Positions 24,433-35,854 of a stretch of 64,000 nt of DNA are shown here, piece after piece. The first letter of the stretch is position 1. The number at the start of each line of letters is the position of its first letter. Source of the stretch: Ascidiella aspersa. Taxonomy: Eukaryota. The DNA lies in NCBI GenBank assembly GCA_963924565.1, contig OZ004610.1, positions 14,942,001 to 15,006,000 on the forward strand, given 5' to 3'. Made by a program: the position numbers and the translations under genes. Below the pieces are notes generated by a model. That model had not been told where the DNA came from. It made no database searches and saw nothing but the letters and a program-made list of their open reading frames with translations.

Positions 24433-26243
24433 CCCCAAACTTAGTAATCAATTAAATAAAGTATTGTGGTAATGCGAAAACAGTCGAAAATATAAAATAT
24501 ATAGAAGAAATAAAACCTTTGACAACTCACGGAACACTCACCCGATTCGTCGGCAGTTTGGGATTGCCATGCCTCCAGTTTACTAGGCCCATTTCTTTCC
24601 TAAAGCAAATGGAATAAGACTTCCTGATTCCAGGATCGCGCTTGTTCACATAGAACAGGGGCTCCAAACCTTTTTTACACCGTGGCCCCTTTGAAAATTT
24701 TGAGAAATCAATGACCCCTTACGAAAACGCAATTTTAGCTAAAAGACTGGTTTATACAGTACGGTAACCGGTAGTTAGAATGATAAAATGATATCAAAGC
24801 AAGACACAAGAAAAATTATCAGTACAACAATTAGTTATTATATAAAAAATTATTATTAATAAATCTAAAAGTAAAACAAAGAAAGTAAACTCAAGATCAC
24901 GAAGTAGCTTATTGCTGTAGGCCTACTGGTATATTTATTAAATTCATTTTTTTATTTTGTTATAGTGGGGTAGATTTAGAGATGATATATTAAAAAAATT
25001 AAATATTGTTCAAATGTTTTCATGTTTCCTTTAAAAAAAGACTCCTGGCCCCCAGTTTGGAACATAGAAAGATAAATGTCTAATTCCAATTAGATGGGGA
25101 CTCCCCATTACGTTGCTGAAGCGCGGGGAAAATGGAATCCTGCCCTGACCCTAACCCGAATAATGTGCGTTGTGGTAGGATTCTTGACTAGCGCCACTAT
25201 TAATATATTTTAAATAAAAATAAGTATATAGCGGACAGTAATATCTCGGAATCTTTAAAAGTGGGTCTGGGTAATAGGTCTGTTCCCTATACGATAAACT
25301 AAGAAGTCAAGCATTTGTTAACCTGCAGGCCTGCTGCGGTGCTCCTCTCAGTTTAGCTACAAGTCAGTTTGAGAAAATTTATGCTACAACAGAATAGTGC
25401 AGCATCAATAAAATACTTGAAAAAAAAATGCCAAAGAACTCAAAACAAAATTTAGTAAGCCAAACAGTATATAATAAAAAGCCAATTGAGAACAATCTGG
25501 CATCAAATAAGCCAATTTTGACAACCCTGATAATAACTTCCTAAAACATACAGGGTAGAAATTTACTCAACCATGCTATTACCTTTACCTGTATGGCAGA
25601 ATGCTGGCGACTTTGTCGGCCGAAGAATGAGCCAGAAAACCGAAGAAATTGGTGCAAAAATATTAAAAAACAAATAATAATTTTCAAGTTTTTAATTTTT
25701 TTTTAAAGATTAATTTCTCACACAAAAAGTTGTTGTTTCTACACCCTTATCACATATATTTGTGAAATGCAGAATATGTAGAAACATTATGCACTACATT
25801 TGGCAGTCACTTAATTTTGTTGTGCCATTCTTAAAAAAGTTGGTAAGCATGGAAGTTGGGAAGCATGTTGTCGCCATTCCTATTAAATTATGATATTCGC
25901 ATGGGCATAACGAGAAAGTACTAGGTGGTGCTGTTCCACCTAAGCCTTAAACTATATTTTTGGCTATTTTAGTTAAAGAGAAAAATACTGTTATACCGGT
26001 ACCACCAAAATTCTGTGCATGCTTTGCTAGCCTGGTGTGCCACCCTGTTTTTAAATGTCTCTAGGTGCACCCTCAAGTAAAAAAAGAAACACTGCAATAG
26101 CATATATTCATGCATATACAAATAAATTTCTAGTGCATGCTTTGAATAAAACCTTATTGGTCAACAAATAACAATTATTAGGGACATTTTTATCTATTTT
26201 TTCCAAATTTTAGGCTATAGCATTTTTTGTCTAAACACAAAAA

Positions 26244-26887
26244 ATGGATGTGGATACTCAAGATATTTTGGGTGATATCCGATTAGCAACGCAGTCTGGG
26301 AAGCAAGATCACTTATTCTACCTTCTTGTTGCCACTCCAGGTGGGGCACCAAGCTCACTCCATAGCAAGCTTGTTGTTCCTTTTCTAAAATATAGAGGCT
26401 GGCAAAAAGTGAGCTACAAAAACACTGGATTTAGGTAGGTTTGCTTATAAACCTAGCCTTTTAAACATTTTATTTTATTTTACATATTTTGGGTATTGTT
26501 CAACCTTTTTACAATTTTAGGGCTCTTTATTTTCTGCATGACAAGGAAGCAAACAATGATGAAGGAACACACACGGCTTCATATACATGTTGGAGATGTA
26601 GACCAGTTGATGAGAACAATAATGTTTTCCATCAAAATAAAAGACCAAGGAAATCTATGAAAGCAGAGCAGCCTGTGTGTATTGAAAAAACTACCTGTTC
26701 AAGCTGCAGCTGTTTGTCACCAATACAAAGAGCTTGTAAGGACCGAAATGACCTGAAGCAGTCTGTTGTTAAATTTAAAGAGGCAAGTCATAAGGCGTTT
26801 GATGTTCATATTATTTTGTCACAACCCGTTGACTATGATGAAGACTTTTTAGAATTTGCTTCACAGCCTGGTGCTATTGAAGATTAA
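26244..26887 (+). CDS. Uncharacterised 185-aa protein, 2 coding exons (26244-26434, 26521-26887)
   Basis: ATG in an A-rich context downstream of an acceptor-like ttttccaaattttag. Donor ag|gtaggt and acceptor caattttag|g join ..NTGFR to ALYFLHDK.. in frame. TAA at 26885-26887. Cys pairs CWRC and CSSCSC. No family recognised with confidence. Confidence 0.7.
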
Positions 26888-27903
26888 ACTAATGGATTTA
26901 CATGGTTGGTGGCATAGTTTTACAAATTTAAATAATTTTTGTTTGCTTTAGATTTTCATAATTATTACATAATAGTTCTTTTATTATACTAGTTATACAC
27001 GCTTTTAGGGCAGTTTTGAAAATAATATTGTGTGAAATACCAAGATGTGTTTTATTTAGCTTATGTGTTTTTGTGCAATGCTTTTGTCGTTCTTTGTAAT
27101 TTACCTTTTTACAATCATTTTTTTCACTGTATTCAGTAGTGTCATTAGTAGGGAAAGTTTTTTCATAAACTAAAAAAAATGGAGCATAATGGTTGGAGGT
27201 TGTAGTAAGACGTAATAAGAATATCAAAGCCCATACAGAAGTAGGTATCATTTTGGACGTTTCGAATAACTCTTTATTCATTTTCAACATAGAGAAAAAA
27301 AATGAAATTGATACGTTTAAGCCGTGCTTCGGCTTTTGTTATTTAAAATGTTTTGTGCTTTTTTGCTGGTTTGTAAATTCTCTAAGAAGTGCATGCCGCA
27401 CGTATTTCTGCAATCTGTTCGCTGCATTGAAAAGAGATTCGCTCAGTTAAGTGGGGTATGTTTGTTTGACCGTCCTGCGCAATCGGAAAGTCTCAGAAAT
27501 CACAGCTAGAATTGAAAAACGTTAATCAGAAAACCTGCAAGTTTGTGGATCCACAATAAGTAGTGGTCAGTTGACATTACAGACGAGTGGTAAACAATAA
27601 AAAATTGACATTACAGACGAGTGGCAAAAACTGTAACGCTGTTCATACAGGTCGAATTATATTAGTTCTAAGGTTTATTCTATTGAAAACCTCCACGCAC
27701 CACCTCGATGTGGGCAGGACGGCGAAAGAGACGTGCGCATAAAACTCGAAACTGACTAGGTCGAAAAATGTAAATTGTAAAGCTGGAATAGCATTAGAAT
27801 GTTTGTCAACCAAAACAACAATACGATGCATGTTAAAAAATGTACAGAAATATTTTATAGCGTAATATTAATCTTAAATGAGCGCAAAATAACACATTGA
27901 AAA

Positions 27904-30900
27904 CTATGCACAGCTGTTAAATCGCTTTTCAACCGTGCTATTGGGGCAACGGTTGATTCTGTTTCCCAAGACACTGCTTCCTCCTTGATAAGCTGATGTC
28001 TTAGTCACGCAATTATGCGAAGTTGCAGAATGTTGCACCACTTCATTTTGATTTTCGTGGTTGCTGAAACTATAGTTATGTATAATGTTAAACCTCATCA
28101 TGTTTGCCATTAAATTGTATCGTGTGGTAAAAAACACAACAGAGTAGTCGAATCGGTAGAAAAAAGTTCTAATAAAATGCATCTATTTGACTCCATTCAT
28201 ATAGTAACAAATTAAGGATTTTTTTGCTGGCTTAGAATTACCGCGCATTTATAAGGCACGAACTAAAGGTATATAGGCCTACTTACAATTGAATCTTAGA
28301 AAGTTTGTGAGAAAAAAAAATGGACTACCAAGTATATTATTACTTGTATACTCTTATGGTGAGTATTTGTTTAACATTTACAAACCTTCGACCGTTTTCG
28401 AAGTTCCGCAATACAATATGTATGTCGCTGCCAACGCGCCGTTCTACAAAAACCTTAGGCAGAATTTCGGAAGAAGCTTCTGTTGCAACATTGTAAAGCG
28501 AAAGCGTAGCATTCTGCAATAGTTTTGTTTTTGTAAATGAGAATATTGTCGTATTTGCCTTTCGAATAAATCGTCTGTAAATTTGCCTTTCGAATAAATC
28601 GGAAGTTATGACTTTCATGTAAGTAGCACGAGTATCGCAAGATGTTTTGATTTAGCATATCACGCGCTGAAATATTTAGCATATCACGCGCTGAAAATTC
28701 TCCACTGCCTCGAAGGTTGAATAATATACACGTAATTTATTTAGCAGAGTTGGATAACCGAAATAAGGCTTTTATAAAACAAGAGGTAAATACACAAGCT
28801 GATAAAATTAAAACGTTCAAAGTTCTAAATAAGAAGCATAGTTAAAAGTTTAAACAAAATTTTGAAAATATCTTTATCGAAAAATCAAATTGATGTTGGT
28901 ATTCGAAGGCTAGTCAACCAATTTTAAACAAAATATACAAAAAGAAGCCAAATGTACATTGCCCGCCTTGGCCTTGTCTTTATCTCAACATAGGCTACAG
29001 CAGGGGTCGGCAACCTTTTTCTAGTCGCGGGCTAAAACCAAACTAAGAAAGGTCTCTGCGGGCCGCACAAAATTAACTAAGAATTGTATTTTTTTAAATG
29101 TTAGAACAACTGTGAATCAGGCCGGCCTTGAATATTGTTTGCACTTAAAGACGTGTTTAATTACATTTACAGAGGCAGTAAAGTGTTGCGCAAAGCGCAA
29201 AAAAAGCGTTTGTTTGGTTTGAAATTTAAGTTCACACGTCGTCATCCAAACTACTAATGAAAAGTGAAATAAAACTAAATTGAGGGAACGCAATGACATT
29301 TAAAGGTAATCTAGCTCTGTGTTTGTTAACCATTTTAAGTGAAGGCGCATCTGGCGAGCGGAGCGCGCGCGATTTTATTTTGGTATACTTCTTTTTTTTA
29401 TTATTGTAATTTTTTATATTGCCCAAAATAAAAAATAAAAAATGTTAAGAAATATATGTCTAATATTTTTGAAAACGTTTTCCATTATTTCGCGACGCAC
29501 TTAACAGCCTTCCACGGCGCAACGGTAAAGAAGCGCTGATCAAGTTGAAAACGCAGTATCAAAACTAAACAAACCGGACATAGAATGAACATTCGCGTCG
29601 CGCGAAAATTTATCGCAATTAATAGTCAAAAAATGTAATAGTCAAAAAGTATGTGAAATGATGACCGGTACAAAAATCATAAACAGTCTGTATAAACTAT
29701 AATTCCGCTTATTTACTTAGCTCCATGCTTTAAAGATTATAAAACTAATCAACGCAATTAATACTCAAAAAGTATGTGAAATGGAGTTGTCTAAGAGGCG
29801 GCGGGCCGGATGAATTACATCGGCGGGCCGGATCCGGCCCGCGGGCCGTAGGTTGCCGACCCCTGGGCTACAGTATTATGAATATAAAGTATTTTTTGCA
29901 GACGACACACGTTTGGTGTGCAACTTATTTCCGATTTGCGAGTGAGAAAATTAACGAACAAAAATTAATTAATGTTTGCTTGAAATAAAGTTTCGCAAAA
30001 TTTTATTCGGCATGGCTAACAAGGCTAACGTAAAAGTTACTTTGCTAAAGCTCTGAAAAAAATGAAAACAGACCAGAGCTTTAAAGAAACAAGAAAGCCG
30101 TTCAGATGATTTTTCAGATACTGCAGAGCCAACAGATTTAAAATAGACTAAAAAATAGATTTTTGATCTTATTAAGTTTAATAGATTACGAAAAGTCTTG
30201 GGTTGAGAATATTTGTTACTTACGGGTTCAGAAGGTTTTCTTGTTTTTTTCACGTGAATATTAAGTTCAATTGCAGCTACAATTGTTGCTATCACAAGAC
30301 CGCATGCGAGAACACAAAACACTCCAGCAAAGTTTTCCAGCGTCAGCTCACTGAAAAACAGCACAATGACATTTTACATCATATAGCCCAAATTGAACCG
30401 ATATTTATTTGTTTCTTTATTTTCTATCCCAAATTTCTACGGTATTCTTTTTGCCTTTACCTGAAATGACTTCGTTTTTTTGAGTGGTCAATTGGGCACT
30501 TCCCAGCACTGCTCCACCAGCGCTGCTTTAATCGTGCTATTTCGCCTCGATCTTGTAGTTGCAGTATTCTGTAAACAAGCAGTCATTGTTTAATTTAGAA
30601 ATTAGGTAACTTGTTTGAGTAATAAATAAATCTGGAAGTTTAAAGACAATTTGTTTTTTACAGACAAAATATTACCTGACTTTCGTTTTCGAAAATTGAT
30701 CTTTATTTGCTGTTATTGTTTTACCTTAGAAATAGGCTAAGTATAAACAGGGTGTCGCATGTTTTATATCCTAGCTAAGTAGGCCAATTGGCATTGTTTA
30801 ACTGACGTGGTATACCTCCGTGGCTCGTAGCATTTCAGCGAAAACCTAAATTCCTGTAGGCATATTAGTTACACGACTAACACACATCCGTTTTTCTTCT

Positions 30901-33900
30901 TATTAGATATAATGCATTACCTATAACGTAACGTAATATATGCTATTTATCTATGATTGCAAAATTGCATATACTATAAACCAGGGAGTCGAACCGGAAC
31001 CGAACCGGAACTTTATGAACCGGATTTTGGTCATGTTTTTTCGAACCGTAACCGAGCCTGAACCGTTTTTTGTGAGATTTTAAGGAGCCAAACCGGAACT
31101 GAACCGAATATTTTAAAAGAACCTGAACCTTAACCGAACCCGAAACTATCAAAAAAGTGATTCACTCCAACATGACGTCACAACTTCTATTTTACCGAGT
31201 TAAGTTATGTCATGTTCGAAATTATTTGAAAAAATTCTAAATATTGAAATAAAACGTTGATTTTTTATATTTGGGTATTTCAGTAATGAGTTTCTGTTTT
31301 TTTTTTACATGTCACGAAACTTAGATTAAAAATGACTTACAATTCGAAGATTATTCTCCACATTTTTAACCAACATTTTTAGATTTAACGCAACATATAT
31401 TGTATCCGAACTGGAACTTTATAAACCAGTTTTGAAATAACGACGGTCGAACCGGAGCTGAACCGGAACTTTTAAATTGCTCCGAACGGAAACCGGAACT
31501 GAACCGGATTACAAAAAAATCCTTGAACCCAAACCGAACCTGAACCGGAAAAGTGAAACGGTTCGACTCCCTGCTATAAACATGATCAGGATAACTGATT
31601 TGGGTCACATCAAAAGTCGTATCCCACTTACCCCATTGATAGTGCTTCGCGGATAGGGTTCCCTTGTTCGACTGCAATTCCATACCCCTTTTCATAGATA
31701 GAGTCAGGGACCGTTGAGAAAGAGCAGTCTTGGTCGGTTAGAATGAGATACTCTATAACTGCCACGTCCCACAGAAAGGCGTAGTTTCCTGGTTCACAAA
31801 GAAACACAAATTGACAGGTTTTGTAATGTTTCATAATTTAGTTGTGTAAAGGCATTCTATAGTAGTGGGTCAGGCTGGTGTGTTTTTACATGTTTGAAAC
31901 CCGTAATGGAATACAAACTACTTCTTTGCTTGGTAGTTCAAACAGAAAGAAATAAAAACGCCCGATCTGTAAAACAGTTTAAACGGTTTGCTGTTCTTAA
32001 AATAATTAAATTTTTATCACAGTTTAATGTATTTTTAAAGACAATATAAGGATACTAAAAAAATTAACATGTTACAAGCTTTTCTCTCAGAGTTTAATGT
32101 AGCCTATTTATTTATTATTGATATTTGCCTGGTTGCTGTTTGACAACATACATAGAAAAACGTATTGATAATTTAATTACCATCTCGTTGTTTTAATGTG
32201 ATATTATTGATTAGCCTACATCAATATTTCACATTTTGAAAATCTTGGTTAAAATCATAGCATAATACAAATCAATACCTGGCTTATTTAAACTAAGCGT
32301 ATTTAAGCAATAAATGCGTGCGGGTATAAAAGTTGCTTCAAATAATGATTCTTTATTTTTAGTTATTTATTTTTTCTTTTAGTTAACAAATTTGTGAAAA
32401 ATATATTGTAGTTCAAGAAAACTGCTGTTAAATGGATTCAAGTTTTGTATCATAACGATGCTTTGTACTACAGCAATAAGACTGAAAGTCCTGAACCCGT
32501 CGGAATTCAACCTAAATGGCCACAATAAGTCCTATTCAACCTTTCACCTAACCTTAAACCCCACCCATTACATCATTACAAACTCCCCTAATAGTTTTAA
32601 TCCTATACCTCCACCCATTACCCCAAAACAAATGCAAACAATCCAATGCCAATACAGCTGCGTATACCGTTCAAACTTGGGCGCCCAAACGTTAACACTA
32701 AAAAACGGCAGCTGCCAATTTGATCGATCGTCCAATACTCGCTCCCTAGAGTTTAAGGCGTTATTTTGTCAATTTAGGCCTTATTTCGATGTTTTTAGGA
32801 CCAGTTCTGACAGATTTAGGTCCTATTCAGACGAATGGTAATTTGGTCGTGGATATTACTGCGTATTTGGCTTTATTATGTTGTTGGCCCTAATACTATA
32901 GCAATATAGATTATTCTGCTTTGTTGGTCTTATTGTGTGTTCCAGGTGTTTTCTTACCATATTTCACTTTTGCGAATCCCTCCTTTGGGTCACTGACTGA
33001 ATTCGAGCCATTTGAAACGTGCCACAATCTGGCCCACATCGAGGAATGATCTTTGGTATTGAGGCCTGTAAAATAAGTGCTCAAAATGAGATAAACAGCA
33101 TAGAAGAAAATGAAAAGAACTAGACACTTTAACATAAATTGTTTTTAACACAACCTAACTAACAGGTGCGAATAGGCCACAGCTTGTTCGCGAGGTTTAG
33201 GTGTCGTAGAGCTACATCAAGTTCACGCTAAACTTTCTATATAAATTTTACTTTTCGATAGTCGATATTTGTAAAAACTAATGCAATATATACAATATTC
33301 TGCTTATTGATAATTACTTTTAACGAAGAGTCCAAAATCTGACAACAAGAGGTGTTTCGTTTATCAATATTAAAGCCGAATGATTGCTGACTACAAATTT
33401 TTGAAAGATCAACTAACCCACCTTTTGTTCGCAGAAAATCGTATATGCTTGTGTCCACGGCGGTGCCAAAGCTTATTTCGCTCTGTTTTGCGAGGTTTTG
33501 GAAGGATGTGATGTGGTTTTCGAGTCGTGTGATCGTCAGGTGAGCGGCAAGGTTGGCGGTGTAAGAAGAAATTATGATAAGGATGAAAAACCACCAAACC
33601 CCAGTGACAATTTGGGACGACAGTGTCACCAGATTCATGTCCGTGCCTATCGTGTCGAAAAGTTTAGGTGTAGGCAGGTTTAAGTGTAAACATTCTTGGC
33701 AAGATTGGCTGTAACTATTGTTAGGTCATCCAAACTAGACAATTTTATTGTGCGAAACCGTCTTCATGCTGAGTTTGAGTATGCATTTATCAAGCATTAT
33801 ATATTCAAAGTATTCTGTCGCAGTGAAGTCAAATTTTTTTACAGTACAAACAATTTTATATACAATATAAACTACACTGGGTGCCTTAAGTAAGGCTATT

Positions 33901-35811
33901 GTAAATATCAGTTACCCAGGATTGTAGTGCAAGCAAGGCAAGGCTACCAACTCTAGCAAACATAAACTAATATTAGTTCAAATTTGTGTCTAACGTTTGT
34001 TTTTCGAAGTAAAATATTATAAAAATGTTCAAAACGATATCCTTTGCCAGACAGAACAAAATATCTATATACCGGTACTACTTTACTTACCCTGCTGTAC
34101 AAGAGAGCTATAGACAAACCAAAAGGTTCCATGCAATGAGGTGTCGTGACAGGGTGGTCCATTCATCGGTTTAGGGGACAACCGATTGAGGACATACAAC
34201 AGGATTGAAACAACAAAAAGTCCGGCAATGATAGAAAACCAAACTGAATTGTCGAAAGGGTTGAGAAACGCAAAAAGGCTCGTAACTGTCTGAAAAACGT
34301 TTGTTGCAACTTGTCAGATAACATTAAAACACTTTCAAACTCCTATATGATGTCTGTTATACTAAATAGCTATACATGTACCGGTAAAACTAAATACAAA
34401 CTAGACAGGGTGTGCGGTTTTTGCATATTTTTCCAGGGGGTATAGCGCGGTTCTACTATATTATATCAGGGGGTATGGTGCGGTTCTACTATATTATACC
34501 AGGGGGGTACAGCGCAGTTCTACTATACTTTACCAGGGTGTCATTCCTTAGTTATTCTATATTCTTTAAACGGGTCTTATTTGTCAGTGTCCATATACTC
34601 CCAATGTTGTGCTTCCAGTTTCGGTGCTTTAGCAGGCAAAAGCGGATGTGGCCCGAAGTTGCGTGGTATAGGTTGGACATGGTGCACTTTTACAAGAATG
34701 ATTGTCAGTGGTCTTAATATAAATTTGGCTGCGAAGCAAACCTATAACTTGTCTTTATAATTAAAAAATATTTGACAATTTTTTCTTGCACCCCTGTACG
34801 CCTCTCATTGGGGACAAAAGTCAATAGTGTGACGTAATCGATTTAGTTCTTTACAGCTATATACTCTAACCTAGCGGCAGAAAACCTTTAATGCTGAATT
34901 TGTTCATATCACTTGCTTTATTCTGGCCGCGAAGCGTCTGGCTGCCTACTGTGCTTTTTTTGTCCAGCGCGTGCAACATTCATTGTGCGAAGTGGCTTGT
35001 CTCAGGGAAACTAAGCGCGTGCGACTTGCCTTTTAAAAAGAGGCTTCTCTTAGTAAATTAACTTATTGCTTTTACAAAACAACATATTTTACCGCCGCAG
35101 ATTGAAATGAAAAATTGTGGAGGCAGTGTACACCACTCTGTTTCCAGTTTTTATTCTATGAATGAAATCACTTTAATTTCTATATTTTTGTTTAGTTGTT
35201 TTCCCCCATAGGTTAATTATTTTAAATTGAAGTTCAAAATTGGCCTGAGGAGCAATCTATAATTTGTCTTTATAATTGAAAACTATTTAACAATGTTTTC
35301 TTTAGTTTTTTAGACACCTCTAAACACAAAAACGGCCGAATTTTAATTTTACCCCCCTAAATTACTCCCCTTTTTTTAAAGAGGTAAAATGTTTATTTTA
35401 ACATCAGCTTTAAATGGTTCTCTAACATTTGTGAAATTTTCAGATGTTTATGTCATTTCCTTCTAGTGTAAATATATCATTAAAATTTCCTAAAGTGTTG
35501 TGCATTTTGACCCCCCGGATGAAAAGTTCAGGGGTAAGGTTTAAAATTTTGTTACTTAGCATTGTATATGTCATGTATCCATCATCCATAAATATATCAG
35601 ATTTTTTTTACATTTTTTTATCTCTGAAAAGTGCTTAAAACCAAAATTAACAAAAAATGACAGTTTTGCCCCCCTAAAAACCACCCCTTAGAACCTAGGC
35701 AATTTTTTTTTATATTAGAAACAACTTTGGGAGGGTATTTAACAGTTGTGAAAATTTCATGTTCCAACTATGTTTTTTTCCTTGTCAAAAGTGAGCCATA
35801 AAAATTGACTG

Positions 35812-35854
<43 letters not shown>

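Larger units (their letters stand above)
18430..25231 (+). repeat. Tandem duplication of a 3.4-kb unit (copy 1 18430-21828, copy 2 about 21844-25231)
   Basis: Near-identical copies; the ORF track lists identical ORFs at 18579/21993 and 19504/22918. Copies differ by scattered SNPs, a 14-bp indel (20776 vs 24188) and an indel of about 28 bp (21292 vs 24720). Confidence 0.95.

Noticed and set aside
26928-27290. 120-aa minus-strand ORF overlapping the 108-bp shared element; also considered as a mitochondrial insert
   Set aside because: Low-complexity A-rich composition, no splice context, and no recognisable mitochondrial gene motif.
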